A stretch of DNA of 64,000 nucleotides, taken from positions 4,320,001-4,384,000 of the forward strand of contig CM000153.2 in assembly GCA_000004695.1 (NCBI GenBank), read 5' to 3'. This DNA comes from Dictyostelium discoideum. Its lineage: Eukaryota. The translations under genes were made by a program, and so were the position numbers. Below the pieces are notes generated by a model. The model searched no databases, was not told the origin of the DNA, and was given only the letters and a program-made list of their open reading frames with translations. Positions 23,064-39,013 of the stretch are shown here, one piece after another; within the stretch, counting starts at the first letter, position 1; each line of letters begins with the position of its first letter.

Positions 23064-23760
23064 TATTTTAATTAAATAAAAAAATGAAAATTGAATAAAA
23101 GAAAAAAAAAAATGATTAGAAAAAAAAAAAAAAAAAAATATTATATATATAAACCCCAAAAAAAAAAAAATTCACACTTAAAACAATTATCCAAAACCGT
23201 ATCTGACTTTTTTTATTTTTATTTTTATTTTTATATTTTTTTTATTTTTTTTATTTTTATTTTTATTTTATTATTACAATTAGATAAATATAATATATAA
23301 AAAAGAGAAAGATGTGGGTTGTATGGTGTGGTAACATTAGTATTTTTACCAAAAGTAGTTATATTATATGAGAAAAAAATAATTTTGGTATTTTTGACAA
23401 TTATAATTCAATTTGTTAAATTCGATTTTCAGTTTTATTTTAAAATAATAATCCAAATCAAAGGTTCCAAAATTAGCTATCATAAAAAATATTATATTTA
23501 TTTTTTAAATCTTTTTTTTGTCCCACAAATTCAAGTTAAATCTTTTTTTTTGATCAAAAATAAAATAAAATAAAATAAAACAAAAAAAATAAAATAAAAT
23601 AAAATAAACATCATTTAATTTTTCCAAAAACCCTTTTTTTTGTTTTTTTTTTATTTTTTTTTATTTTTTATATTTTTTTTTTTATTATTTTTTTTTTAAA
23701 TTTTTTTTTTTTTTTACTTTTTTTTTAATTAATGAATGTGTGCCCACATAAAAATTAAAG

Positions 23761-24343
23761 ATGAATAAAGTTATATTATTATTCTTTTTATTTATAACAT
23801 ATAGTAGTAATCTTTTAGTTCAATCGCAAACTTTAACAAATATAACAAAATATCCAGATACATCGCAATTACAATACGATCAATCATACTTAAGAATATG
23901 TACAAATCTTTTTGAACAAATTGTCAATTTTAATACAACTTTATCTGTTGAATTTGTTTATGATGCATGTTATACTTGTGAATATCAAAATTTAGTTGTT
24001 TTGGAGTAAGTAAATAATATTGATATTAATAAAAAAATTGGGGGCACCAATTTACTTTTTTTTTTTTTTTTTTGTAAACTTAATCTAATTATAAAATGTA
24101 CAATTTTTTATAGTTCATCAAGTTCAAAATATATTATTATGCCAAGTACGTTTGGATATAAATTTAATATTAGTGTATTATATAATGGAAAAGCACAAGA
24201 TGATATATTATATTTATCATTTCATGAAACATTTGGTGAATATGGTATCTATGACATTAGTGTAAACATTTCTACAGTAAATGTAACAAAGTAAGTATAA
24301 ATATATAATAATTATTATTATTATTATTTTATTATTATTATTA

Positions 24344-24376
<33 letters not shown>

Positions 24377-25981
24377 AAAATTTATCATTCAGTTAAAACA
24401 TTAAAAGAACCAATTAATTCAGAGATACCAATTGCAGTATTATTTTCAATTTTAGTTGGTATGGCAATTTTATGGCCATTTATAGTTTATTTATATAAGA
24501 GAAGTAAAAGAGATTCATTAGAGTATCAATTGATGGCAAGTGTTGAAAGAGAGAATAGAAAAAAAGATAGATTAAGATCATTGGATGTATTTAGAGGATT
24601 TTCAATCACAATTATGATCTTTGTGAATTACGGTGGTGGTGGATATTGGTTCTTTAATCATAGTTTATGGAATGGTTTAACCGTTGCAGATTTAGTTTTC
24701 CCATGGTTTGTTTTCATCATGGGTATTGCAATGCCATTATCATTTCATGCCATGGAGAAAAGAGGTACACCAAAGAGAATCATCTTTCAAAAGTTATTAC
24801 GTAGATCAATCATTTTATTCGCGTTAGGTTTATTCATAAACAATGGTGTCGATTTACAACAATGGAGAATTTTAGGTGTACTTCAAAGATTTTCAATCTC
24901 TTATTTAGTGGTTGGTTCAATTATGTTATTCGTACCAATATGGAAATTTAGATCTTCACCAAATGATACTATAAATATTAATGATGGTAGTAGCGGTGGT
25001 GGTGGTGGTATTGGTATTCAATCACAACAACAGCATCAATCACAACAATATAATCATTCATCACAACAGTATAGTCAACAACAGGTATTTTTAATACCTC
25101 AAGAAGTGGTTGAACAACAATCAATTTTAAATGGACCATCAATGAATAATATTAAAGATACTGATACTTTTGTTAAAGGTAATATATATATGTCAATGAT
25201 ACAACATGAGACTGTGATTAGTAAATATTTTTCAGATATAGCTCCATATTGGATTCAATGGGTATTTGCTTTAATCATTTTTTCAGGTTGGTTCCTATTG
25301 ATGTTTTTAGTGCCTGTACCAGGTTGTCCAACTGGTTATTTGGGTGCTGGTGGTTTGGCAGATCAAGGTAGATATCAACATTGTACAGGTGGTGCTGCAC
25401 GTTTAATAGATTTGAAAATTTTCACTGAAGCTCATATCTTTCAAAATCCAACATGTCTTGAGGTTTATAAAACACCATCCTACGATCCAGAAGGTACCGT
25501 TGGTTATTTAACAAGTATTTTCCTTTGTTTTATTGGTGTTCAAGCGGGTAGAATCATTCTAACATATAAGTCAAATAGATCACGTTTAATACGTTGGATG
25601 GTTTGGTCAGTGGTACTATGTGGTATCGCTGCTGGGTTGTGTGGGTTAACTCAAAATCAAGGTTGGTTACCAGTTAATAAGAATCTTTGGTCACCATCTT
25701 TCATTTTGTTGATGGCTGGTTTTGGTTTCTTTGTTTTAACCGTAATGTTTATTTTGATTGATATCAAAAAGATTTGGAATGGTTCACCATTCATTTATGT
25801 TGGTATGAATCCAATCACCATCTATTGTGGCCATGAAATTTTGGGAACTTATTTCCCTTTCTCTTTCAATGTTACCTATCAAACTCATTCATTATATTTA
25901 CTTTCCAATTGTATTGGTGTTGGTTGTTGGTTATTAATAGCTTATCAAATGTATAGAAATAAATTATTTATTAATATTTAA
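23761..25981 (+). CDS. Heparan-alpha-glucosaminide N-acetyltransferase (HGSNAT/TMEM76 family), ~675 aa. Exons are 23761..24005, 24114..24290 and 24376..25981.
   Basis: The conserved block [58 protein letters not shown] matches human [58 protein letters not shown]. Multiple transmembrane helices follow. Donors GTAAGT at 24006 and 24291 both leave phase 2. The acceptors are ttttatag at 24113 and (A)nAG at 24375. Confidence 0.8.
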
Positions 25982-26350
25982 ATTAAATATTATTCTGAAA
26001 AAAAAATAAAAAATAAATAAAAAAAAAAAAATTATAAATAAAATAAAATTAAAAAATACAGCAACTCAATTTAAATTTTTAAATTATAATAAAAAGATAA
26101 TCGGTTTGGGAGAAAATTAAAAAAAAGTTTGGATTTATTTTTATTTTAAATCTTGGTTATTTTACAAATCTTTACTATTTTTTAAATAATTGTCAAGTTA
26201 AAAAAAAAAAAAAACAGAGTTTGATTGAAAAAATAACAAAGATATTAAGCATATATATGTGTTGTTATTTTTATTACTATTGCTTTTTTTTTAATTTTGA
26301 TAGTTGAATGTTAATTAGTTTATACTCTAAACTTTTTTTTTTTTTTTTTT

Positions 26351-26470
26351 TTAATATAATTAATTTTTTTAAATATATATATATATAATTAATTTTTTTT
26401 AATATATATATATAATTAATTTTTTTTAATATATATATATAATTAATTTTTTTTTTTTTTTAAAAATAAT
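26351..26470. repeat. Tandem repeat of ~26 bp, about 4.5 copies: (AATATATATATATAATTAATTTTTTTT).
   Basis: Direct repeats are visible at 26351-26470 in the intergenic region upstream of the cyclin gene. Confidence 0.6.
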
Positions 26471-26921
26471 TAATTTTTTTTTTTTTATAAATCTATTTAT
26501 CTATATTCATATTAAAAATAAATAAAATTAAATTAAATTAAATCATTGCTAAAATAAAATAAATGAAAAAAATGAAAAAAAAAAAAAATAAAAAAAAAAA
26601 AATAAAAAAAAATAAAAAAAAACGATTGAAAAATATGGAATAAAAAAAAGAAATAATTTTATAATGTATAAATTTAAAAAAAAAAAAGATTTACTTTATA
26701 ACTATTTATTTTCATGGAAGGTTATTAATTTTCATTTTTTGATTTTTATAACCCCACAAACAAAAAAAAAAAACTTTTTTTTTTTTTTCAAAAAAAAAAA
26801 TTTCAAAAAAGTTGGTTATAAATTTCAAAATTCTTCACTCATCGACAAATAAAAAAAAAAATTAGTTATTTTATTTTTTATTTATTTGTTTTTTTAAATT
26901 TTTTTTTTTTTTTCAACAATA

Positions 26922-27872
26922 ATGATGGTTTCTTTTGATAATAATAATAACAATAACAATAATAATAAAACAACACTCTCATTAATTAATTCAAATGAAT
27001 TTTTAATATTATGGCAAGATAAGAAAATTAGTGATGGTGATTCAATTGAATTTATAGTATCAAATTTATTATCAATATTAATTAATGAAGAAGAAGAGAA
27101 AGAAAGGAATTCATATGAAAATGGAATAAATTATAATAATGGATCAGGATATGAATATTTACATTCATTTTATAATCCAAAAGGATTTAAACCAAGTATT
27201 TCAATCACTGATTTCACTTATAGATTAGTAAAGTATTTAGGATGTAGTAAATCATGTTTTATAATTGCATTAATTTATTTAGATAGAATCATTGAATCTG
27301 ATAAATTTAAAGTACCAATCAATGGTTATAATGTACATAGAATTTATTTTACATGTATTTTAGTTTCAATTAAATTCTTTGATGATTATTTTTACCCATT
27401 AGATATTTATTCAAGAGTTTGTGGTGTATCATTAGAAGAAACAAGTAGAATGGAAAGACAATGTATAAAATTATTAGATTTCAATGTAAATATCAATTTA
27501 AATCAGTTTAATGATTATTTATCAATTTTAGATTATAAAGGTTTCATTCAATTCGAAATTGAAAATCAACCTTCTGATGAAGAAGATAATGAAGAAGAAG
27601 AAGAAGAGGATAATGAAGAGGAGGAAGAAGAAGAAAACTATAAAGAAGAGGAAGAATATCAAGAAAGTATTGATGATTATGAAAATAGAATTAATATTGT
27701 TGAAAAGGTTAGTTATAATCATAATGATGGAGACAATTATCATAGTGGTGGTAGTAATAGTAATAATTCAATGATTAACTCTCCTCAAGAAGTACCATTG
27801 AATTTACCACAAAGATTAATTAATAAAAGTAGAATTACAAAATCAGATACTCTTATTATAAACTTTAATAAA

Positions 27873-27927
<55 letters not shown>

Positions 27928-28214
27928 GCAATAATGGTAGTGAAAACAATAGTAATAATAGTAGTAGCGATAGTATACCGACTATTATGTTTGGTGGTAG
28001 TGGTAATAATATAAACAACTACCCATCAAGAGCAATAACAATTGAAAGTAGATTAAAAGGTAACACTTTAAGTCAAAGTTTAGATAGTAAAGATATATTC
28101 TTAAGAAATTCAACAAAACGTTTCCCATCTAAGTTTTCAATTTCACCAGATTTAAGATCAAAATTCATTATTAGTAAAAGTAGTAGTAGTGGTAGTAAAT
28201 CAATTAAAAAATAA
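26922..28214 (+). CDS. PHO80-like (Pho85-type / cyclin-U family) cyclin, 430 aa, single exon.
   Basis: The cyclin box LVKYLGCSKSCFIIALIYLDRIIESDKFKVPINGYNVHRIYFTCILVSIKFFDDYFY...ETSRMERQCIKLLDFNV is typical of PHO80/cyclin-U N-terminal cyclin folds. Poly-N/D/E flanks are present. Confidence 0.7.
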
Positions 28215-28547
28215 TTTATTTTTTATAAATAGATTTTATTTTAATTAATTATAAAATTAATGTTGTACAATATAATAATAAAAAAAAAAAAATAAAAATA
28301 AAAACTTATTTTTCAGAGTGTATCTTTTATTTTTTTTTTTTTTTTTTATTTTGCCCGGTTATTTTTTTTTATTATAAAAAAAAATAATAAAAAAAAAAAA
28401 AGATATTTTCCAAACCACCCCAACCTTTTATAATTTTTATTTTTATTTTTTTTTTTTTATTTTTATTTTTTTTTTTATTTTTATTTTTATTTTTTTTTTT
28501 TTTCTTTTTTCTGATCTACAAACGAGCCCAATAAATAATTAAAAAAA

Positions 28548-28953
28548 ATGAAATTATTATTTTTTTTAATCTTTTTTTTATTAATAAATTTTAATATTTT
28601 TGTTGAGTCCCTAAAAATTACTGATCTATCAACAAAATCATCACTCAATCAGTATTCAGATGGACCGAATCAAAATAATTTTCCAACATGTAAATTTGTT
28701 GTAGTATTATTTTTAGAATTGTCTGAAAGTACAAATGATATCCGTTTATTCCAACCAGAATATAGTCAACAAATCTATTCACATTCCACTTCTCCATCAA
28801 ACGGCAATAAAACTTTAATTTATCAAATTGAAAGCTGGGCCTCTGATTCAAAAAATGGTTTAATAGTTGGTAATTACACATTTGGCGAGATATATCCAAA
28901 TGGAACAATAGCAGTATCTAATATAAATAAAAACTTTTATTGTTCTGGTAAAT

Positions 28954-28984
<31 letters not shown>

Positions 28985-31900
28985 ATTATTTATAGTTTGA
29001 ATGTTGTATTAATTAATAAATATTAATATTTGAAAAATTAAAGCGCCACCATTACCAGAAAAAAATAATATTATAGCTACAGATTTTAGTTTATATGATA
29101 ATAAAATTATGATTAGTTATTTTTCAATTTATTCATGGAATAGAGCAAATTTAATATCATTATCATTTATTGATAATTTAAAATCAGATATATGTGATTC
29201 TGATTGTAGAATTGAAAAATCTGGTAATTATTATATGATTTATATGAAAATTAATAATTTTGATACAATGACATTTTCAATAAATTCAACATACCATAAT
29301 AATTTCAATTTTGCTCTAACTATTAATGGAATTTTTAAAAATACAAAAAGTAAGTATTTTCATTTTAAAAAATAACAATATAAAAAACTAAATATAAAAC
29401 AATTTATTAATAAATGAATAAAAAAAAAAAAAAAAAAAAAAATTTTAGAAGCTAATATGGTAATTCCAACAAACGTTAAATTTTATCCATCGGGTCCATT
29501 TATAAATAGATTTAGTGTTAATAGTTATAGCTATAGTTTAATTAATTTAGATTCAGATGAACCAATTAAATATTTATCATCAAACTATGTAAATTCAAGT
29601 GGTTTTGAAAAATTTGAAATTCAAATGAGTCAAATAATTTTTACAAATAAATTATCACAAGCATTTTTAAATCAAAATCATTTAATGAATGAAGCATATT
29701 ATGAATATAGATATTGGAATAATCAAACAATAAATAATAATATTAATCAAGTTAATAAAAATGAAAAGTTATTATCACCACTTTACCAAATTGAATCATA
29801 TATAAATGGAGATGTTGTATCGGGTCCTCCTTTTACTACATATACAGCTTCGATAGGTGCAATGGATTTTTTAGGTATTGGTTCAATAAATACTAAAACT
29901 CTTTCATTCCCAATGGTTTTAATGTATCCACAAATATCATTTACAAAGTATTATTCATTCCCATTTGGATGTAGTGTTGCAAATGAATCAACATATATAA
30001 CATCGATAACTCAACCAATGAGTAATGGTATTCAAGGAACTTTAAAAGTTTTTATTGGTGGATCAAATGTATATAGTGTAGATGCTAGTTCAATTCCAAA
30101 GGAAACTTTAATATTTTCATTGGAATTTATTTATATTGGTTTTAATAAATTCATGGTTAAAACTAAAATTGGGGGTGATTTTTATTTTATAACAAGTCAA
30201 AGTTATGATTTTGATTTTGCTGTTGTTAAAGCTACTGGTTATGATGGTGTTGGATCATATTCTAATATTTTTCAACCTTCATTTGGTCAATTTAAAGATT
30301 TTACAACATTCAGAGCATTTAGTGGTGATTTAAAAGAAACACAATTACCAAAACATTTATTACCAAGAATTCCAAATTTAAATGAAATCATTGAATCACC
30401 AATAATTAATTCATTAAAATTTGAAGTTCAATCAATGAATACAACCGATGTTGGTGGATTAAATACAGTTTATTTAGGTTTTAATAATTTTGACTTTAAA
30501 CATTCAATTTTTCATCATCCATCATTTATTTTATCACCTAAAAGTTTATCTTCAAATATTCATTTTCATAAAGCAATACCTTTCACTTTAATTGATGAAA
30601 ATAAAAAATTATTTAAAGCAGAATTTTATGTACCAGCTAATTTACCAACTGGAGAAGTTGATTATTCAATTGTAAATAATGTTGGTTATGAATATACTTC
30701 AAGTTATATTAAATCATATTTATTAAATAATCCATCAACTGATAGTAATGTGAATGATACATCGTCATTATATACTTATTCAGAATATGGTTATTCATTA
30801 CCACCAATAATTAAATCGTATTCATTTGAAAAAGAAATAGTTGAAATTAATGATTTACAAAATTTAAATAGAATTAATTTAACAATTCAATTACAACCAT
30901 CAAGAAATCAATTTGATAACGGTTTCATTTCAATTGAAAGTTCAAGTATTACTACATTTAGAAAGATGTATTTTAATTTTTCATTTACAAATGAACAATT
31001 AGTTGGCGGTACAAATGATACATTTACATTTGAATTGAAATTTCCATGTTTTACAAGTAAATATGAAATTATAAATGTTACATTGATTGATAAACAAGGC
31101 TATTTATCCTCATTTAATAAATATTCATATAATGGTGATATTACTACAACAATACCATTACCAATTGACCCATTCATGATTTTTAATACTGTGAAGGGAT
31201 TTAGTGTGCAATGCAATCAATTGGCAATTCTAGAATCATCTCCAATAATTACATCATTAACCGCAAATTTAAATTCAATAATAACTAATTCACCAATTAC
31301 AAAAGATTTACAATTTACTCTACAAGTTAAAGATCCAATTGGTTTAATGACAGAATCACAATTACCATTTATTTATTTAGTTGGTGGTTTAATTGATGAT
31401 ACTATTAGAATACCTTTTGAAATTTATCAATATAATGATACATTTGCGACTTTTAAATCGAATCCTATCACTGTCCCATTTGGTTTTGGTTTACCATTTT
31501 TATCAATTCCATTATCAGTATATGGTATTTGTAATAAAGTTGGTATTATTAGTGGATACAATAAAAATCAATTAAAAGGAATGAATAACACACAAATTAT
31601 CCATGAAATTCCAATTGTTTCAATAAATTTAACCAACATACCAATAATTTTAGATTCATCAGCATTCTATAGTATAGGTGGAAATTTAACATTATTTGGA
31701 AAGAATTTACAAGATGCTTTATCTGTTAACGTTTTAATTCAATCAACCCAATTATCATATCCAGTAATTGGAAATCAAAATGAAAGTTATTTAACAATTA
31801 ATTTACAACCAATTAATGAACCATTTTATGTTAATATAACCAATAGTAATTTATTTTTAATAGTTCCAATTCAAGTGCCCAATAAAGTTAATGAATATAA

Positions 31901-32984
31901 AATTGTACCATCAACACCAATACCAACAAATCCTCCTCAAAAATGTATTGGTAATCCACAATGTGGTGGAGCAACACATGGTACATGTACTGAATCAGGT
32001 TGTGTTTGTTTTTCACCATGGATTGGTGAATCATGTAATTCAAAAGTTTTAGTTATTACGCCACCAATTGTTAATCCAAATACACCATCAACTAATTTCA
32101 CATATCATGATAAAGATAGTGAATCTGAAATTGCAGGTATAATATCATTGGTTGAATTGAGAGAAATCGATTATGAATCAAAACCAATCAAACGTTATCC
32201 ATTCGATAAATGGATATTGACAAAGATTAATCCTAATGAAAATTTTTATACAACTTCAATTTTAGATAATAATAATAATAATTCAAAATTAATTTGTAAT
32301 GTAACTGTATCAAGTATTTGGTATGAACAACTTACAGTAATTACATTTGCGGATCAAAAGATTACTATGGATCCATCTACATTGAAATATAATATCAATA
32401 TAACTTCATACCCATTCTCAAATAAATTAAATACTCTTCAATTGGTAATTTCTGCAAGTGCAAAAGAAACAAATAATAATTCAAAATCAGATTATTGCTC
32501 ATCTAGTTCCTATGGTAATACAGTTTTAGATAATTCAAATTATTTAAAACTAACAATTAACTATCAAAGTATTTATGGTAAATTTATAAAAAGAGGTATA
32601 ATTGATTTTAAAACAATATCAATTGGAAATTCTCAATTAGCCTTAAATGATCCAATAATTGAAAATGATCATGGTGATGAGGCAATTACTTCAACCTTTC
32701 AAAAATCTTTTATTGCTATTAATATTCCATATTATATATTTCTTGCTCAACTTGATCCATCTTTTTCAGTTTTAGTTAATCCAAACTTAAATAATGATGA
32801 AAATTCAATTTGTAGTCAATCAAACGATCATTCTATTAATGAAAAACTTATCATTGGTATTGTTGTTGGTGTAGTTGGTTTTACAATTGCATTAGTGGTG
32901 GTTATTATTATAATCATAAAGAAAAAGCATCATTTAAGACGTTTACAATATAAAATTAAATTAAAAAAACAAAATAAATTATAA
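28548..32984 (+). CDS. Large type I membrane glycoprotein, ~1,413 aa, with a signal peptide, a single EGF-like module and a C-terminal TM helix. Exons are 28548..28947, 29044..29349 and 29449..32984.
   Basis: The signal peptide is MKLLFFLIFFLLINFNIFV. The EGF-like module is CIGNPQCGGATHGTCTESGCVCFSPWIGESC. The TM segment IIGIVVGVVGFTIALVVVIIIII is followed by the basic tail KKKHHLRRLQYK. Donors GTAAAT at 28948 and GTAAGT at 29350 both leave phase 1. The acceptors are ttaaag at 29043 and ttttag at 29448. Confidence 0.65.
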
Positions 32985-33050
32985 TAAAAATATTTTATTT
33001 ATTTTTAGAAAAATTTAAAAAAATATATGTATTATTTTATTTTATTTAAT

Positions 33051-33093
<43 letters not shown>

Positions 33094-33208
33094 TTTTTTT
33101 ATTTATTTATTTATTTTTATCAATAAAATAATTTACCTAAAAAAAAAAAAAAGGAAAGATAAATTTAATATTTAGTTTGTTATTTGAATAACTTTTTAAT
33201 AATTTTAG

Positions 33209-33246
<38 letters not shown>

Positions 33247-33998
33247 AAAATTGTAAAAAAAAAATTAATTTTGTTATTATTTTTTTTTAATTATTTTTAT
33301 CTCGTCTTGGTTTTAATTTTGACCAGAATGAAATTTTGTTTTTTTTTTTTGACTGATTTTTTTTTTTTTTTTTTTCATTAAAAACATGTTTATTAAAATC
33401 TTATATTGGGGAATTAAATCATATATATGAAATATTAATTAATTAATTAATTGGTTTTTTGATTGGTTTTTTTTTTTTTTTTTGTTATTTTTATTTTTTT
33501 TTTTTTTTTTTCAACCGAGCCAAAAAAAAACCAATCAAAAAAAAAATATCTTATTTTTAGCAATCTACAAATTTAGCAATCTACAAATTTTTAAAAAAAG
33601 TTTTTTCAAAAAATTTTAAAAAAAAAAAAAATAAAAAATAAAAAAAAAAAAATATTAATAGACTGTTTCTCGTGATCTTGAGGAAAAATTTTTTTGTGTA
33701 TTGGAGGTTTAAAATTGTTGTAAATCACATTCTTTGTAGTAGGGTGAATTGATTTAAATAATTATTATAATTAATGATTTACACACAAACAAATATAATT
33801 TATTTATTGAAATGAAAATCACAAAAAAATCTTTTTTTTAAAATTTTTTATTTTTGTTGAGAAGATACAAAAAAAAAAAAAAAATTAAAAATAAAAAAAT
33901 AAAAAAAAAAAATAAATAAAAAAAGAATTTAAAAATAAAAAATTAAAAAAAATAAAAAAAAAAAAAAAATTCGAGATTTTGGTTTTGATTTTATATTC

Positions 33999-34035
<37 letters not shown>

Positions 34036-35024
34036 AAAGAAAAAAGTTTTTTTTTTTTTTTTATTTTTGGCATTTTTAACAACAATAAAAGATAAATTCA
34101 TAAACTCACTCAAAGAGAGAGAAAGAGAGACACACACATACATTCTGTAGTTTGTAGCTCCAAAAAAAAACAATAACAAAGATACAATAATAGCAATAAT
34201 TATTAGTGCGCTCACACTGCAAATAATAATAAAAAACATTCAAATAAACTTTTTCATTAAATTAAACCCCCCAATACTGTTTTATTAATATAAAAAAAAA
34301 AAAAAAAAATCGAAAATTTTTTAAAAATAAAAAAAAAAACAATATCAGATATCTGTTTCTTTTTTTTTTTTTTTAAAAAAAAAACATTTTTGTTAAGATC
34401 AATCTCAGTTATAACGACACTTTTCAATTAATTAGCACACAAAGTTAATAAAAATAAAAGAAAAAAAAAAAAAAAAAAAAAAGAAATAAAAATAAAAATA
34501 AAATAACAACAACGTTTCTTCAAATAACCAAATTACACCCACCCACACAATTTACCACTTACTCACTATATTTGTTTATGTATAAAATCACTCTCAATCA
34601 ATCATTTATATTAATACAATAATTAAATAAATTAATATTTAAAAATAAAAAAATAAAAAATAAAAAAAAAAAAAAAAAAAAAAAAAATTTGTCATTAAAA
34701 CTCATTTTTTTTATTTTTTTTTTTTATATCTAGTATCTAATTTTAAAAACCCACATAAAAAAAAAAAAAAAAAAAAAAACTTTCATTCTTGTAAATAATA
34801 AAAATAAAAATAAAATTATAAAAAAATAAAAATAAAAAAATAAAAAAAAAAAAACCACACAATTTTATATATAACACACCATATACACTTACATATAAAA
34901 ACTATAAATAGTAAATAAATAAATAAAATTTTTTTTTTTTTTTTTAAAGTAAATAATTAAATAAATAAAAAAACCTTTTTTTTTGTAGAATAGTAAATAA
35001 ATAAATAAATAAAATAAAATATAA

Positions 35025-36796
<1,772 letters not shown>

Positions 36797-37069
36797 TAAT
36801 TAATTTTATTAACAAAAAAAAAAAAAAAAAAAAAAAAAATAGTCAAAAAATCAAAAAATTAAAAAAAAAAAAAAAAAAACTTTATACATTTTTTATTTAT
36901 TATTTTCTTTGGAAACAAATCAAATCAAAAACTAAACAAAAAAGAAAAAAAAGAAAAGAATTATTTTTTAAAAAAAAAAACAAAAAAAAAAAAACAAATA
37001 AAGTTTATTTTATAGTATTATTATCCATGGACAATCTATGAAATTCACAAATTGTTCTGCCTATATATT

Positions 37070-37168
37070 TTAAGATTGTTTATCTTCTATATTTGTTTTT
37101 CTTGTATTTCTTTGTTTTAAAGGTTTGTTAAATTTTAAGGTTATTTGAGGTGTTGGTTGTGGTGGTTC

Positions 37169-37261
<93 letters not shown>

Positions 37262-38184
37262 TAATGAAAATACACCAGATTTATTAAAAGATAAAACTGA
37301 TTCAAAATTCTTTGATGTTGATGGAATGGTTGGTGAAATTACATTTGTAAGGGTTATTGGTTTTTTATGATTTGCCATAGCTCTTTTTGTAATGTTTACA
37401 CTTTCTTCTTCACTATCGGCATCAGATACATCGGAATAGTCTTTTTCATCTCGTTTATTTTCATCATTATCTTTTTTATTTTTTTTATCTTTTTTATCTT
37501 TTTCATCATCACTATCTTTTCTTGTTGAACCAAATGCACTTTCAATTGGATCAACTGTTTGCCATTGTCCAATTATACTCTCACTTTGATCAACTTCTGA
37601 AGATTCTGATTCTGATTCTGATCCTGATCCAGATTCCTCTTCATCATCGTCATTATCATCACTCTCTTCACCTTCTTCACCTTCTCCACTTTTATTATTA
37701 TTATTATTATTATTAAGCTCATTTTCTTTTTCATTTGATTTATCTTTATTTTCATTATTAACACATTCATCTTTTGAAATTTTTGCTGGTATAGGTGAAT
37801 TTGTATCATCTTGTTTTCTCTTTTTTTGGTGCGAAGGTGATATTATTGTTGATGATGAGGAAGAAGATAATGTGTCAGTTGAAGAATCTAAACGTGATTT
37901 TAAAAGTGGTGATTCTGTATATCCATATAAACTTGTATTTAAAGGTGGTTCAGGTATTGGTTGATTACCTTCATTTTGATAGTAATCATATATTAATTGC
38001 TGTCTATCTTGATAATAGTTATAATAATCATTATTACTTAGTAGTTGTCTTTGTTGTTCTTGTATCTCTTTAAACTTTGAATCTGCGTTATCACAATTTT
38101 TATTTGAGGCTGTAGTATTAGTAGTAGTGGTAGTAGTTGTTGTGGTAGGATATTGTGGTTGGTGGTAATTATTATTATTATTAC

Positions 38185-38259
<75 letters not shown>

Positions 38260-38722
38260 TATTATTAAATATTCTTTGTTGTTGTTGTGGTTGTTGTGGT
38301 TGTTGTTGTGGTTGTTGTTGGTGTTTCTTTTCATCTAAAACTCTTGATAAATCTTTTTCTCTAAAAGATCTTGCACCTGTATTTTTTATTCTATTTATTT
38401 CTCTTTCAGCTTCTTTTTGGTCTCTTTCTTGATATTTTTTATCTCTATTTTGGGTAGATACAAATCTTGTAACATTGTTTTTATGTCTCCATCCTTCTTC
38501 ATGATTCTTTACGCTAATATTATCTTGAATGAATATTTTACAATATTTACACCAATGTTTATTGTTATCTTTTTTATTATTATTGTTATTATTATTACTC
38601 CTATGTTTATTATAATAATTAATTGTTAGTTAGTAATTTTATACAGAGGTGTTATTTTTTACATATCTCTTTTTTTTTTTTTTTTTTTTTTTTATACATA
38701 CATTTTACTCTGTAATTTTCAT
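37070..38722 (-). CDS. U1/matrin-type C2H2 zinc-finger protein related to WBP4/FBP21, ~515 aa, low-complexity with poly-N, poly-Q and acidic S/D/E tracts. Exons on the minus strand are 38722..38709 (a 14-nt first exon) and 38600..37070.
   Basis: The finger KHWCKYCKIFIQDNISVKNHEEGWRHKNNV matches human WBP4 KFCDYCKCWIADNRPSVEFHERGKNHKENV. Exon 1 is ATGAAAATTACAGA with a GTAAAA donor at 38708. The acceptor catag is at 38601 (phase 2). The frame from 38600 is continuous with the MANHKK ORF at 37378. Confidence 0.5.
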
Positions 38723-38788
38723 GAAAATGAAAAAAAAAAAAAAATAATTGTAGTTGTTTAAAAAAAGAAATTCAAAAAAATTTCTGAA

Positions 38789-38824
<36 letters not shown>

Positions 38825-38955
38825 AAAAAAAAAAAAAATATAAAAATAGATTCTACCAATTCCAACTTATTTTATTTTTTTATTTATTTTAGATATTTAT
38901 TTTAGATATTTTTTTTTTTTTTTTTATTGAAAATAATATGGTAAAAGTTTCTTTA

Positions 38956-38958
<3 letters not shown>

Positions 38959-39009
<51 letters not shown>
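38959..39009. repeat. Homopolymer (T)~51.
   Basis: An uninterrupted T run lies in the intergenic spacer. A similar (A)52 lies at 3540-3591. Confidence 0.8.

Positions 39010-39013
<4 letters not shown>

Noticed and set aside
33991-34239. An 82-aa minus-strand ORF, and 60-90-aa ORFs at 23091-23573, 26664-26852 and 61458-61733.
   Set aside because: They lie in A/T homopolymer-rich intergenic DNA with low complexity, no homology and no splice or start context.
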